Shown here in pieces: positions 37,325 through 49,607 of a DNA stretch of 56,041 nt. Under the pieces are notes generated by a model that saw only the letters and a list, made by a program, of their open reading frames with translations, ran no database searches and was not told the DNA's origin. The translations under genes and the position numbers were made by a program. Numbering within the stretch: the first letter of the stretch is position 1; every line of letters begins with the position of its first letter. The DNA is from Octopus bimaculoides (taxonomy: Eukaryota). The stretch lies in assembly GCF_001194135.2 (NCBI RefSeq), contig NC_068981.1, positions 40,688,075 through 40,744,115 on the forward strand. The letters are read 5' to 3'.

Positions 37325-38800
37325 GTTTATTACTGACGTAATATAATATAATACAAGATGGAATCAGCACTTGAAAAAAGATTAACTAGAAAAAGACATA
37401 AAAAAACGAAGCTCTAATTTCAGTCAAGAACAATTGGGAGCTAAACGAAAAGCTGATCGTGAAAAGTCAGAGAGAAAAGAGCTCAAGCCAGAGACAGAGT
37501 AGCTCTCAGATGCCAAAATAAAAACGTAGAGCAGGCAATTTCTAAGAGGTAAAAAAAACAGGAGCAACGAAATCGAGATGAAAATCAGAGCAACAGAGGG
37601 CAACATAATGCCGAAAGGATGAGAGCCACTTGACATGATGAACATGTTAAATTCAACGTACAACGAGGGAAACGTTGAACAACATTATTGTGGAGAAAGG
37701 AATTTACTGTGTCAATTTTGCACGGCCAAACATTTTCTATCTGAACAACCTTCTGACATTTACTTTAATAATAATTGATGAAACCTCAATACTTTCCCGC
37801 AATGCACTTCATGCAGTTAGTATCCTATTGAAGGGAATTATGCATTCAGATAGACCGTTTGTTGGCAAAATTCTTTTGGGTGGAAATTTTCGCAGGACTG
37901 TACCAGTTATACCTAGAGTGGCTCAAATGCTGTAATTGCATACAGGAAGTGTACGCATTAGAGGACAAGAAGATTTTCTAAATGTCTGTTGCGAATTGGT
38001 AATAACACACTTATTGAAATACCAAATTACATCATTACATGAAAACATCGTTAAGATACCAAATTACATGCTATTTTCAGGAGATACTTTGAGAATCTCT
38101 TGACATTGCAAATGAAAATCACATGGAAGATCTCTCTTCAAAGATTACTCTCGTTTCAAAAAATAAAGGTGTCTTTAAAGTATATGAGTCTATTCTTACA
38201 CTACTTCCTGAACAATCAAAGGAATAGTCCAGTGTGGGCAGTATTTCTTTAGAAGATCATGTTATTTTAGAAGATCATGTTAATGTCCCAGTTGAATTTT
38301 TGAATTCTCTAATTCCTCCAGGAATGCCACCTCACAAACTGGAACTCAAGAATCTGAATCTACGGAGAGAGCTATTGAACGGCACACGTTTGTTGGTAAC
38401 GTCCCTGCATGATTTTTACATTCATGGAAAGTTACGAAGTGGAAGCAAGAAGGAAAGGCGGTGTTTATCCCTAGGAGGAACCTTTCACCAAGTGATACAA
38501 ATCTGCCTTTTGTAATGAACAGAAGACAATTTCCTGTAATACCTACATTTGCCATGACCATCAACAAATCACCAGGACAATCATTAAACCAAGTAGGTGT
38601 TTACTTATCTTCTCCTGTGTTTAGTCATGGACAACTTTGTATTGCTTTAAGTAAGAAAAAATGCTGGAGCAATATTAAGATATTCATAAATAACGATGGA
38701 AAACAAGGAACTCTTTATGGAAATCATAGATTTTTTGTAAATCATAGTTTTTATTGTAACAAAAGATCTTTTGAAATAATGCTAATTACATGTTAAGATA
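37325..38800 (+). pseudogene. Helitron Rep/Helicase remnant (N-terminal Zn finger joined to PIF1 helicase)
   Basis: HYCGERNLLCQFCTAKHFLSE; IIIDETS..DRPFVGKILLGGNFR; EFLNSLIPPGMPPHKLELK; NGTRL; RRQFPV..FAMTINKSPGQSL..VFSHGQL. Confidence 0.92.
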
Positions 38801-39033
38801 TATGTCCGTACGTACAATATGCTTATGTAAGCATAAATAGTCTCACTGTGTGATTTTTCTTCGAGATTGATTAACCAATGGGAGATTACATGCTTATCTT
38901 TCAATGTATTCGAAATAAAAGTATAACATTTTTGTAAATACAGTATTATCGTTTTAAATTAAATTTTTATAACTATCATTAAATTTTTCAATGAAGCAGT
39001 AAAAGAATTATCAGTAAAAAAGCTGGCAATATA

Positions 39034-39572
39034 CAGGGTTATTCAAAAAGAATGAACCGATTTCATTACATAATATTTTAATAAGGAAAAACCAATAGAA
39101 AACTCCAGCTAAGTCACAAATATCAACTCACAATCGACTTTTATTTCCTGTCTGATATAGTGTTCAATGTGGCCACCACCTGCAGCACGGGCATCATCAA
39201 TGCGATAAGAGAATTCCTCCCAAACGCATATCAGCATATCACGATTCACCGAGTACTTCTTTGGCTGTCTGGTTGAATGCTTTATCGAAGTTTTTCCATT
39301 TCCCTTCTAAGTCAATATCTTCTGGAATCGCCTCAAGCAAAGCAAATTTATTCTTTAGTTCCATAATGAACTTGCTTTTGATATGCTGATACGCATCTAG
39401 GAGGAATTCTCTTATCGCATTGATGTTGCCCGTGCTGCAGGTGGTGGCCACATTGAACCCTTGTAAGACCGGAAATAAAAGTTGATTTTGAGTTAATACT
39501 TACGACTTATTAAAGTTTTCCTTATTAAAATATTGCGTAATGAAATCGGTTCATTCTTTTTGAATAACCCTG
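39034..39572. mobile_element. Tc1/mariner-derived foldback element with ~200-bp inverted arms
   Basis: TA|cagggttattcaaaaagaatgaaccgatttca ... tgaaatcggttcattctttttgaataaccctg|TA; each arm encodes the transposase end ..RIDxARAAGGGHIE. Confidence 0.9.
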
Positions 39573-39834
39573 TACTTTATAAATATAATTAAGAATTACT
39601 AAAAATATTTTTTTCTTTTAAATAAAGAGTGCAAAGTCTTTAGACGAGTAATTTTTCAAGTTTCTCCCATCGTTTTGGTGCTCTATTTTCTATCATTAAC
39701 AAAAATGCCTGCATTTTTTACGACACAAGTATGCTGACATGTATGCATACATACATACATACATATATAATACATACATACATACATACATACATACATA
39801 CATACGAATGTACGTATATACATACATACATAGA

Positions 39835-41000
39835 ATATGCATGAGATGAAAAAGAGCGTTGACCTAGTTACACTCTCAAAGGGTGTAGGGCTGGAGTTTG
39901 GTCAGGATAACTGTTGTTATATGGTTGTTTTCACAACCATATGTAGTTCTATAAACATTATAAACCAGACTAGCAACATCTTCATCAATGGTTTGACTGT
40001 TTTTCCTATATCTGACGAGGAATGTTACAGGTATCTAGGGGTGGATGAAAACATATCTTACAATGGCACCTGTAATAAAAACACGTGTCACTAAAGAATA
40101 TTACAGCCGAATAAAGAAAATATGGACCTCAGAACTCTCTGCATTCAATAAAACAGCGGCCCACAATGTGTTTGCAGTACCAGTACTCATACAAACATTT
40201 GGGCCGCTTGATTGGACGCTTGATGAGATCCGAGCCATTCGTGTGAAAAGCCAAAAAATACCTGAAACGTAAACAAGGCAGCAGAGGCTTAACGTCGATC
40301 CAAAATTCCTTTGAATGTCGTATCATATCCCTTCGACATCTTTTAATTATTAAGTGTCGAAGTGCATCCCTTGATCAAGTTTGCATGCATGAGGCTGATA
40401 TAAGACTTTGAAGACAGCTCCTTGAGCAACATACTTTGTTTGATAACCTAGAATACATGCCCAGAGACGTCGCACGACTCTACCGCAACATATCATCAAA
40501 TGAAAGGATGAGCCTATATGAGCAGAAGATTATGCATGGATATATTAGTAGAAACACCGAGATGACATTAACATTGACCATCAAAGTTGTCTATCATAGA
40601 CCAATAGCCGGATTACTATCTTCCATTTTGAAGGGCATGCATTTGCAATCCAGGAACAAGAAATATCAACCAAATACCTGATGCTAAAAGGGATAGAGAT
40701 GCAGGAAAAGCAGTAAAATGTGACAACCGATGCAGACTTTGTGATGTTCACACTGAAGATATCACCAACACCATAAGCAGCTGTCCGAAAATGTTGTCAC
40801 GATATTACCTACCGATGAGACATGATGTTGTAGCTAGGACACTCTATAACGAAAGATAACGTCTGAAAGATAACCTTGAAGACACAGAAATAAGAACCCA
40901 CAGTATGGTAGAAGCTATAGCTACTCATGATAAAAAAGGAGTACTGCTGAAGACCTCAATAAAATGTAAGCACAACAGACCTGATATAATGATTTGGGAT
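39835..41000 (+). mobile_element. R4/Dong-clade LINE remnant, subfamily B (RT C-half to RLE)
   Basis: GLEFGQDNC..YRYLGVDEN..EYYSRIKKIWTSELSAFNK..MHGY..CRLC..HHISSCP..RHD..RPDIMIWD. Confidence 0.85.
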
Positions 41001-41243
41001 AGAAATTACTATTTCTAAAGCTCTGAACGAAAAACATTCCGTAACAATACTTTAGGGTAAAGACTATTTGCCAACATAATGTGACAGCCCTGGTTAGGAC
41101 GAATGTCACTGTTATTTAGCCTCAGGAAACATTCGTCCTAACATGGACTGCCACATTATGTTGGCAAATGATCTTTACTCTAGAGTACTGTTTCTCACGG
41201 AATGTTTCTCATTCAGATATATAGAAATAATATTTTTTCTATC
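40998..41243. mobile_element. Palindromic MITE-like element; half copy at ~41465-41610
   Basis: Arms ~110 bp (atttgccaacataatgtg..ttaggacgaatgt / acattcgtcctaac..cacattatgttggcaaat) around a ~21-nt loop. Confidence 0.75.
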
Positions 41244-41664
41244 TATGGGATCAGTAATTGTGTGTCACTCTGAAAAATAGATATTTCGAACGGGAACTTA
41301 GTGTCACCATCTCTAGCCGAGCAGTTATTCTGTGCTGATGAAGAGAAATAACCCAGAACCCACTGGTACACAGATATTGCTTTAGCGCTGAGTGGGAACA
41401 CTAAACTCCCTTGTTCGAAAATATAAGGACGCAGATAGTGCGTCGGTAGACAGCTGGAGACGTTGCTTCCTGGGGCTAAATAACAGTAATATTCGTCCTA
41501 AACAGGACTGCCACATTATCTTGGCAAACAATCTTTACTCTAGAGTACTGCTATTGAATGTTTTTCGTTCAGAGGTTTATAAATAATTTTTTTGTTTATG
41601 AGATCAGTGAAAGCCAAACCATGTTTTAATTTTATTCAATTGATATATTATTATTAAGTATACT

Positions 41665-42070
41665 CTTTTATTCTTTTACTCTTTTCCTTGTTTCAGTTAT
41701 TTGACTGTGGCTATGCTGGAGCACCGCCTTTAGTCGAGCAAATCGACCCCAGGACTTATTCTTTGTAAGCCTAGTACTTATTCTATCAGTCTCTTTTGCC
41801 GAACCGCTAAGTTACGGGGACGTAAACACAACAGCATCAGTTGTCAAGCGATGTTAGGGGGATAAACACAGACACACATACATACACATATATATATACA
41901 TATATACGACGGGCTTCTTTCAGTTTCTGTCTTCCAAATCCACTCACAAGGCTTTGGTCGGCCCGAGGCTATAGTTGAAGATACTTGCCCAAGGTGCCAC
42001 GTAGTGGGACTGAACCCGGAACCATGTGGTTCGTAAGCAAGCTACTTATCACACAGCCACTCCTACGCCT
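41665..42070 (-). mobile_element. Full-length composite SINE
   Basis: Reverse complement: aggcgtaggagtggctgtg..ggttcagtccca..ggcaccttgggcaag..(TA/TG)n..gtaacttagcggttcgg..gaaacaag, then AAGAGT-like tail. Confidence 0.9.
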
Positions 42071-42299
42071 GAACATATATATACAAACTTCGACGGAGTA
42101 ACAGTTATATATACAACTTCAACAGACACACATACCAGTACATAAACATACATTTAACAGTCATATATACAACTTGAACAGACACACATATCAATACATA
42201 AATATACATTTACTTGTACATACACATATACACACAGACACGTCTATACACTTATAAATACAAATGCTTACATACATACATACATACATGATAACAGGT

Positions 42300-42625
42300 T
42301 CAATGTGAAAGAAGAAGGAAAAAATAAACAACTACGACGATTTGAAGTGAGAAATACGAAGGTTGTAGTCAATGAAGAGAGTAGACGTGGTACCAATAGT
42401 AATTGGTTTACTTGGAAGTATCAGCGCTCAACTACCAGCATGGCTGAAAAAGATTGGTGCAAGGGTGAAGGTAGAACACCTACAAAAATCAGCATTGCTT
42501 GGAACTGCAAGAATTCTTCGCAGGGTTCTTGAAGCGTGACCAGTAAGCAAGTGTCACCTTAGTCTTCTGACTGTGGACATCTGACACTCTCCACCATGCC
42601 CTACAAAATAAGCTGTGTGTTTTCG
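42300..42625 (+). mobile_element. R4/Dong 3' end (subfamily C) ending in (TAA)n
   Basis: ..VPIVIGLLGS..LGTARILRRVLEA*; UTR then taataataat. Confidence 0.85.
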
Positions 42626-42834
42626 TGTAATAATAATAATAATTATTATTATTATTATCATTATTATTATTATTATTATTATGTTGTTATTTTTCTTCTT
42701 TTTTCAAAATGTCTTCCATTTCTCGCCGAGTGTTTTCCGTACACCTAGGGCAGAGAAACTCGTTGTATGCATTCCCAGTTTACACACGCAAATTCACAGG
42801 TAAAATATGTATTTAAGAAAAAAAAAAATTCGTG

Positions 42835-43012
42835 AATGGATGTTGTTTTCACAGCGATAATGCTCTTCTCAGTACATGAGTCGTTCCAGTTAGCACGATT
42901 TTTTGCACTTCCTGTAGGGATGGTAAGCCTGGTATCATTTTCAAATAGGTTTCAGTACCTTCTTTTTATCACTCCTAGAGATCCTACAATCACTGGTATG
43001 GTAGTCGCCTTG
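42835..43012 (-). mobile_element. R4/Dong 3' end fragment (further subfamily)
   Basis: KATTIPVIVGSLGVIK..THVLRRALSL*. Confidence 0.75.
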
Positions 43013-43613
43013 ACTATTATTATTATTATTATTATTATTANNNNNNNNNNNNNNNNNNNNNNNNNNNNNNNNNNNNNNNNNNNNNNNNNNNNNNNNNNNN
43101 NNNNNNNNNNNNNNNNNNNNNNNNNNNNNNNNNNNNNNNNNNNNNNNNNNNNNNNNNNNNNNNNNNNNNNNNNNNNNNNNNNNNNNNNNNNNNNNNNNNN
43201 NNNNNNNNNNNNNNNNNNNNNNNNNNNNNNNNNNNNNNNNNNNNNNNNNNNNNNNNNNNNNNNNNNNNNNNNNNNNNNNNNNNNGTGCCCTTTACATTTT
43301 GTCTACAGGCGCATGATTAGAGTAGACCCATTCACTCGGGCCATTCTTGCGACATTCACCTACCCTTTAACAAAATTGCTGGGGTGAGTGCAGAACTTCC
43401 TTCTCCACCCTCAAGCGAAATTTGAAAAAGTTTATGAAGGCTTGGACAAAGAGAAAGTATCCGTCTTCAGCCCTTTCAACCTGGTCCACCACACAACCTC
43501 TTTCACTAAGGCCACCAAGCAAAGATAAACAGCCTGCCCTTCCCGGTCAAAGGAAAGCCGATAACCGGATTCGTCCTACACACGTCAGCAGGTGTTCGAC
43601 ATAAACTCACAAC

Positions 43614-45289
43614 TCAGAAATATTTGGGCACTGGACATGTCTGAGTGTTCGGAGGTGTGCTTTGTTGATAGGTTTGTTGTTTTGAGGGGTCCTGATGCTG
43701 TTGTTTTTGTTGCTGCTTGGTGAGAGCAAGCCATAGAGGTTGGTGAGTTGTTATTTTGTTTGATGTTGTTGTTTCCACAGTTGTTCTTGTTGCTGCTGCT
43801 GTCGGTGCTGCTGTGATTGGTGTTGCTACTACTGTTGCTGTAACGACCACCTGCTTTGCCGGTACAGTTGCTGTTGCTTTTGTCATTGTTGTGGTTGTTG
43901 TTGCTGTTGTTGTTATTGTTGTTGTTGTCGTTGGTGGTGGTGGTGGTGTCTGCAGCAGTGTGGTTTTCTCTTTTGATTGTCTAGGGCAGAAAGCCTTTAA
44001 GTGGTTTGTCTGTCCACAAATGTGGAATCTGGGCTCTCTGCCCTCTACCGCTACAAATAACATTGAACCTACAGGGAGCTTGATGAGATCTGGAATCTCT
44101 TGTGCGGTTGCGAAATCCGCTTGCGATAAGATTTCCATCCCAGTACCGTGCAAATTTTCATTTTTTTTTTTTTTTTTTGTCTCTGTGTTTCAAGAATTTT
44201 ACATCTCTCCTCTATGCTGTACAACACGGCCGCTGCCAGTAAGAAGATGTTCGCATCTGGTGGCACCTCCCCTCCCTTCACTCTAACAACTCTTCGACCA
44301 ACGTACGTGAGAATCATATGTAATTCCTCGGTCTTCAGGGTTATCGTGACATTTTCTTTGACCAGTTGTTCGGTGGAAAACCTCAACTCTACTGTACCAA
44401 AGCTTTTACCATGTGCAATATGCGATTTTATGTTCCATACAGGTCTCAGGAATTTTTCGACCTGAGCCTGAGTAACTCTTTCTATTTTAAGCGTTTTCAA
44501 TGATATACATCTGTATATTATTGTTCTTCTCCGTGTCTCTTCTTGCACGTCCTCTGGTGTGTTCAGGTGGACTGTCCCGCCAGTTCTTGTTAGATGCACT
44601 TTTGCTCTAGCTAAGGCGGTTTCTGATAATTTTACCTCTCCCATTCTGCAACACATTTCGGCAAATCCACTTTGTGATTACTTAGAAGCAAACGACGTTG
44701 TTGCTTTATTTGTTCTCCTTAAGGCGGCCAACTGACAAAATCGTTAGCACGCCGGGTGAAATGCTTAGCAGTATTTCGTTCACCTTTACGTTCTGAGTTC
44801 AAATTCCGCCGAGGTCGACTTTCCCTTTCATCCTTTCGGGGTCGATTAAATAAGTACTAGTTACGCACTGGGGAGGATGTAATCGACTTAATCCCTTTGT
44901 CTGTCCTTGTTTGTCCCTTCTCTGGTTAACCCCCTGTGGGCAATAAAGAAATAAATCATTTTTTCTCTTTCTTTGTTCGACGTGGTGCTGGCGGCGGTAG
45001 CGATATATGCAGGTGTTTCACGTGAAAGAATTCTTTTTCCTTTCTTTTCACTTTTCTGGTTATTTTTATTACTCTCATTGGCCCTCGTGATGATAGTGGT
45101 GGTAGCGATGTTAGTGTTCTCCTCCACCCCTTCCTTCATGCCTTCGTCGGTGTTTATGGTGTTGTTGGTGGGGGTGGGGGTGACGGTGGTGGTGGTAGTG
45201 TTGCTGCTGCAATTTTTCATCTCTTTCCATATTTGGAAATAAATTTCAAAAGCGCTGTTACAAAAATTTTCAACGCCCACGATTTCCAT
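43614..45289 (-). pseudogene. Disrupted ORF1 (gag-like) with CCHC knuckle and Thr-rich tail
   Basis: VAVEGREPR(F)HICGQTNHLKAFC is CX2CX4HX4C with first Cys replaced by Phe; frameshift at the poly-T run 44161-44178; SINE inserted at 44721-44960. Confidence 0.7.
44721..44960 (+). mobile_element. tRNA-derived SINE (16193 family) inserted in ORF1
   Basis: aaggcggcc..gttctgagttcaaattccgccgaggtcgacttt..ggggtcgattaaataagtac. Confidence 0.85.
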
Positions 45290-45526
45290 GACTATATTGT
45301 AAATTTTGTTTAGATTTTTTTCTTTTTAAAATTGAAATTTTGAGCTATTAAAACTCAAAAAGCCATAATTTTTGCCCCACCAGCTGCTTGTGGCAAGCAA
45401 ACTGGGTTACAAAGATAATAGTTCAACAAAATTTAGAAGAACAAAACGTAAAATAACAAGTTTGAAAAGAATTTAACAGACCTCCGAACACCCGGCCGAC
45501 AGCTCCAGACACAAATAATAATAATA

Positions 45527-45600
<74 letters not shown>

Positions 45601-45814
45601 CATTATTATTATCATTGCCTTTGCACAGCTAACGCTGGAGATGTACTGCAGTGTCAGCTGTTCACTACCAGTGAACTAAGGTAACACCTCTTATTTTTCG
45701 AGCACCTTCGGGAGTATTCGAGTGGTTCCAAGCAGTGCTGTTTTCTGCAAGTGTTCCACCCTTACTGCAGCCCCTATTTGTTCCACGTACTTCTCATTAT
45801 TATTATGATTATTA

Positions 45815-45867
<53 letters not shown>

Positions 45868-46217
45868 TCTTTATTAGCCACAAGGGTTTGCATTGAGAAA
45901 AACATTATAAACAGTACAGGACAAAACAAAGAATGTGTGTGTGTGTATGTGTGTGAGTGTTTGTTGCGAGAGATACAAAGATACATAGTGTGGGCGTGTA
46001 GAAAATCAAATGAAGGTGAAAATTCTGTGAAATTAACGTCTACCTTGTATACAATTAATGGAGAGGTGTCATTGTTATTTCTACTGGTTTTTTCTCCTAT
46101 ATTTTGTGTTATAATCTAAATAATATTAATGGCAAAAATATCATTTTCATTTGTTAAACTTGCACGTACTTGTGGGTTGTTTTTTTTTGCAAAATGTGCT
46201 TTGTTCATATTTTTATT

Positions 46218-46234
46218 TGTTGTTGTTGTTGTTG

Positions 46235-46306
<72 letters not shown>
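46218..46306. repeat. Compound (GTT)n(GCT)n trinucleotide repeat
   Basis: Direct reading. Confidence 0.95.
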
Positions 46307-46307
<1 letters not shown>

Positions 46308-46614
46308 AAACACCATTTTTACTACAAGCATCTTAACCGGGAACAAAAATGTGTCTAAAAAGACAGGTCATTGAAAAATTCATACCGTATGAGGAACGTC
46401 CGTCTAAACTTCTCAAATGCGATTCACTTCTTAAGTAATCCGAAAAAGGAAGCTTCCTTCATTTAATAAACAAGTGGAAATAATCTATACCTTCGGAACT
46501 CACGAGAAACCATCTTGTCACGTAGAGAAATAACATCAACGACGGCGCCGACAACGATGCGCTCTCCATTTACTTTTCCTCATTGCGTTAATTCCTCTGA
46601 CATGCATACTTAGA

Positions 46615-46990
46615 GCGCTGCAACCACATATCGAAGGTGCTGCTACTCGACGAAATTAATATCCTACACCGCATACAGAGAAGGGTCACTCGGCTGATTG
46701 GTATACCATCACAAATGGATACACTCCAACCTCTTCTTTCCGTTTTCTCTGTTTTTTCTAGCACTACTATAATGGTCTCTGTTCCTTAGATCTGACCGAT
46801 CACTAAGATAACCCCACCCGCCCGTCTCTTTCCCCTTTCATCGCCCTTGTAGCGTCCAACGCTCCTTTCTCCGCCCTAACCACTATTCCCAGAACTTTCT
46901 GGAACCTCTTCCCTGCTCATGTCTTTCCTACAGATGTTGACGTGCAACAGTTTAAACGGAACGTTAATGATATCAATCTCATCGGTGTCA
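46615..46990 (+). mobile_element. CR1/L2-like LINE ORF2 3' end remnant
   Basis: HRIQRRVTRLIG..LPAHVFPTDVDVQQFKRNVNDINL. Confidence 0.7.
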
Positions 46991-47269
46991 GAAGGCCTGC
47001 AACGGTTATGATGTCAGCCTCTTCTTCCAAGCTCAGCAAATAGAAAAAATAGTATTACTCGACATTGCCCACTTCCTATGTTATTTTATACTCAACACGG
47101 TCACCACCAAGTTATACAATTCATACAGGACAAGCTCTACTTAAATACTACCCATTGATACAATACAGTTTTTTGAGGATACCTCTTTCAAGAACTCTTT
47201 CTTCTAACATAATTTTTTTTTATCTTACTTTTCAGAAAAGTGACATCAGATATCAGGTTCTCTCAGTAA

Positions 47270-48160
47270 ATGAAAAGGCACGCTGTAGTCGTTGCCCTAA
47301 AAGTGCAGTATAGTGATTCTGAGATAGCTCGATCTTGAAAGTTGCTCGGTCCTTCATTGTCAATGTTCGAAAGGAGCTGGAAGCTGCTAACGGGGATCCA
47401 ACATCAGAAGCTGAATATAAAATTCATGCACAGAGTCCTGATACCATCATAACATATAACCTTGTACAAAACGTCCAAGAAATAATCGATAAAAATCCCA
47501 GAAAGTCAGTCAGAGGCATTGCAAAGGAATTCAAGATTTTAGAGTACACCACCAGAAGAGTTGTACATCCGGTACAAGTCGTATGTGACGCTGAGGGATC
47601 AGTTTTTATCGGTTGTGACAAGAGATAATTGCTCGATGTATGCAAAGCGCTTGTTAAACAAGTAATACACCAAGGGGATGGAATGCTTTGAGTTTTTTTT
47701 TCCGATGAGAAAAATTTCGATCAGGACCAAAAGGTAAACCGAAGGAATGTTAGATAGTTATCCAGAGACCCAAATGAGGTTCCAACGGTCGTACATACTA
47801 AGTTCATGGCAACTGTGATGGTTCTGGGGGTCATCAGCAACGAGGCTAAAGAGTAAATTCCACTATCTACCCAGAGGTGTTGGAGAGAGCTGTGAGGCCC
47901 TAGATAGAGAGGATACGTAACGGGAGACCGTGCGTCTTCCAAGACTCTATACCATCTTATAAAGCTAAGCAAACCCAAGCATGGATACTTGCCAAGCTTC
48001 ATGATCATGTTCTCCCAGACACATGGCCTCCTAACTTACAAGGCCTCAATCCACTGGACTATTATGGATGGGGTATAGTCGAGAGAAAATTCAGTCAACA
48101 TCCCCATAATACCATACAATCTCTCAAGTCCGCCACAACCAGTATTGTATCCAAAATTTT
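47270..48160 (+). pseudogene. Tc1/mariner transposase remnant, DD37D (maT-like)
   Basis: MKRHAVVVAL..NPRKSVRGIAKE..SDEKNFDQ..VMVLGVIS..FQD-(37 aa)-D in WPPNLQGLNPLDY; 37 residues counted in one open frame. Confidence 0.9.
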
Positions 48161-48529
48161 TCTAAATTCATACAAATGACCTCAAGGACAAAAGAAAAAA
48201 AGACTGACTCACTCAGTACAATCGACACCTGATACTATAACTCTTCTCTCACACCAGCGACTCACATAGCTCATATTCTACACAATTGCCATCAAATAAT
48301 ATAAAGCAACCTACAGTTTATGCAGCACATAAAAGGCCATTGACAGTTCACAATAAGAGATCTCACAGAGCAAGTATTCTATACAACAAACAGATGGAAT
48401 ATTAAATATTTTGACCCGGTAACATATGACATTTAGTGACTAAGTACAAAATAATTGAAGAGAGTCATGCGAAAATAATGGAAACAAAATGAAAATAGTT
48501 TGATGAGTACCTTTTTATGATTTACTTGT

Positions 48530-48912
48530 TTCATTCATTCAACTGTAACCATGATGGAGCACTGCTTTGAAGTGCTTTGTCAAATAAATCGATCCCAGTA
48601 CATATTGTAAGCTTGGTACTTATACGTTTCTTCTTGCCGAGCCACCAGATTACAGGTGCATAAACAAACCAACACCGGTAGTCAAGCTGTGATGAAGGAC
48701 AAATACAAACACACAGACACACACACACACATAGATATATACACATGTACATATACGACAGGTATCTTTCAGTTTCTGTCTACCAAATCCACTCACAAGG
48801 CTTTGGTCGGCTCGGGGCTATATAGCAATAACACTTGCCCAAGGTGCCACGTTGTGGAACTGAACCCAAGAGTATATGGCTGGGAAGCAAGCTTTATACA
48901 ACACAGCCACGC
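48530..48912 (-). mobile_element. Composite SINE
   Basis: Same head, core and tail as 41665-42070. Confidence 0.85.
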
Positions 48913-49607
48913 CTATGTTTTTTCAGAATATTAACTTTATTATTGAGCACATTCATTTGTAAATTATGCACAGCACTTCAAATAAGCTGACGAATCGGAC
49001 ATTCACTAGTTATATGCCAACTATTCCTGACAGTGCATGTGCTTCTCTCCATAAGAGACCAACAGATCGAAATTAGTATACACGTAAAAGTTCTAAAATA
49101 CTGCTTTTGTTTGTTTGTTTGTTTTAATCTTTGATCATTGTTCTTCTTCCCTGCTTTTTGTAAGACTCTTTTCTTAGTCTTATTTTAAATGAATATGTAA
49201 ATCCAGCAAATACCTTCAAACATGACATATCTTCTCCAAAGCATTTTAAGGTTATCATTAAAGGTACTTCGTTGAGTACTAATATAATTTAATTCTGATA
49301 GCATGTCTATAATTATTCATGTCTAATTTAGATAACACGCTAGTAACACAAGATTTTCCCTTGTGCGATCTTTAAGCTGATAAATCAATTGACTTTTTTA
49401 AATGATGTGTGATATCTATCAATTAGTGATCAATGTTAATGATTTCACCAAGTGCGACACATGAGGATCTAAGTTCAAAACTACAAGCCAGTATTTTCAC
49501 AGTGATACCACTTTTTAAGGCACCAAAATTTTCTGTCCTATTGCATTTATAAACAACTAAGTGGAATAGGCCACTGAGACTTTGCAGAATTAGAGAAACT
49601 CTTCCTC

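Larger units (their letters stand above)
43284..45512 (-). mobile_element. Tx1/L1-like element: 5' UTR + ORF1 + last ~320 bp of ORF2 only
   Basis: ORF1 pieces at 44963-45289, 44069-44656 and 43614-44153; ORF2 tail ..YVEHLL..VALVKEVVWWTRLKG..VARMARVNG at 43290-43612; (ATT)n at the 5' side, gap then (ATT)n at the 3' side. Confidence 0.75.

Noticed and set aside
37675-38796. Host PIF1 helicase gene
   Set aside because: Multiple stops and frameshifts, no introns, Helitron-type N-terminus and nearby Helitron termini.
43614-44656. Host RNA-binding or zinc-knuckle gene
   Set aside because: Intronless, frameshifted, SINE-interrupted and followed by a LINE ORF2 tail.
46116-46374. Poly-Ala / poly-Cys / poly-Gln protein
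   Set aside because: A pure GTT/GCT repeat open in several frames, with non-coding flanks.
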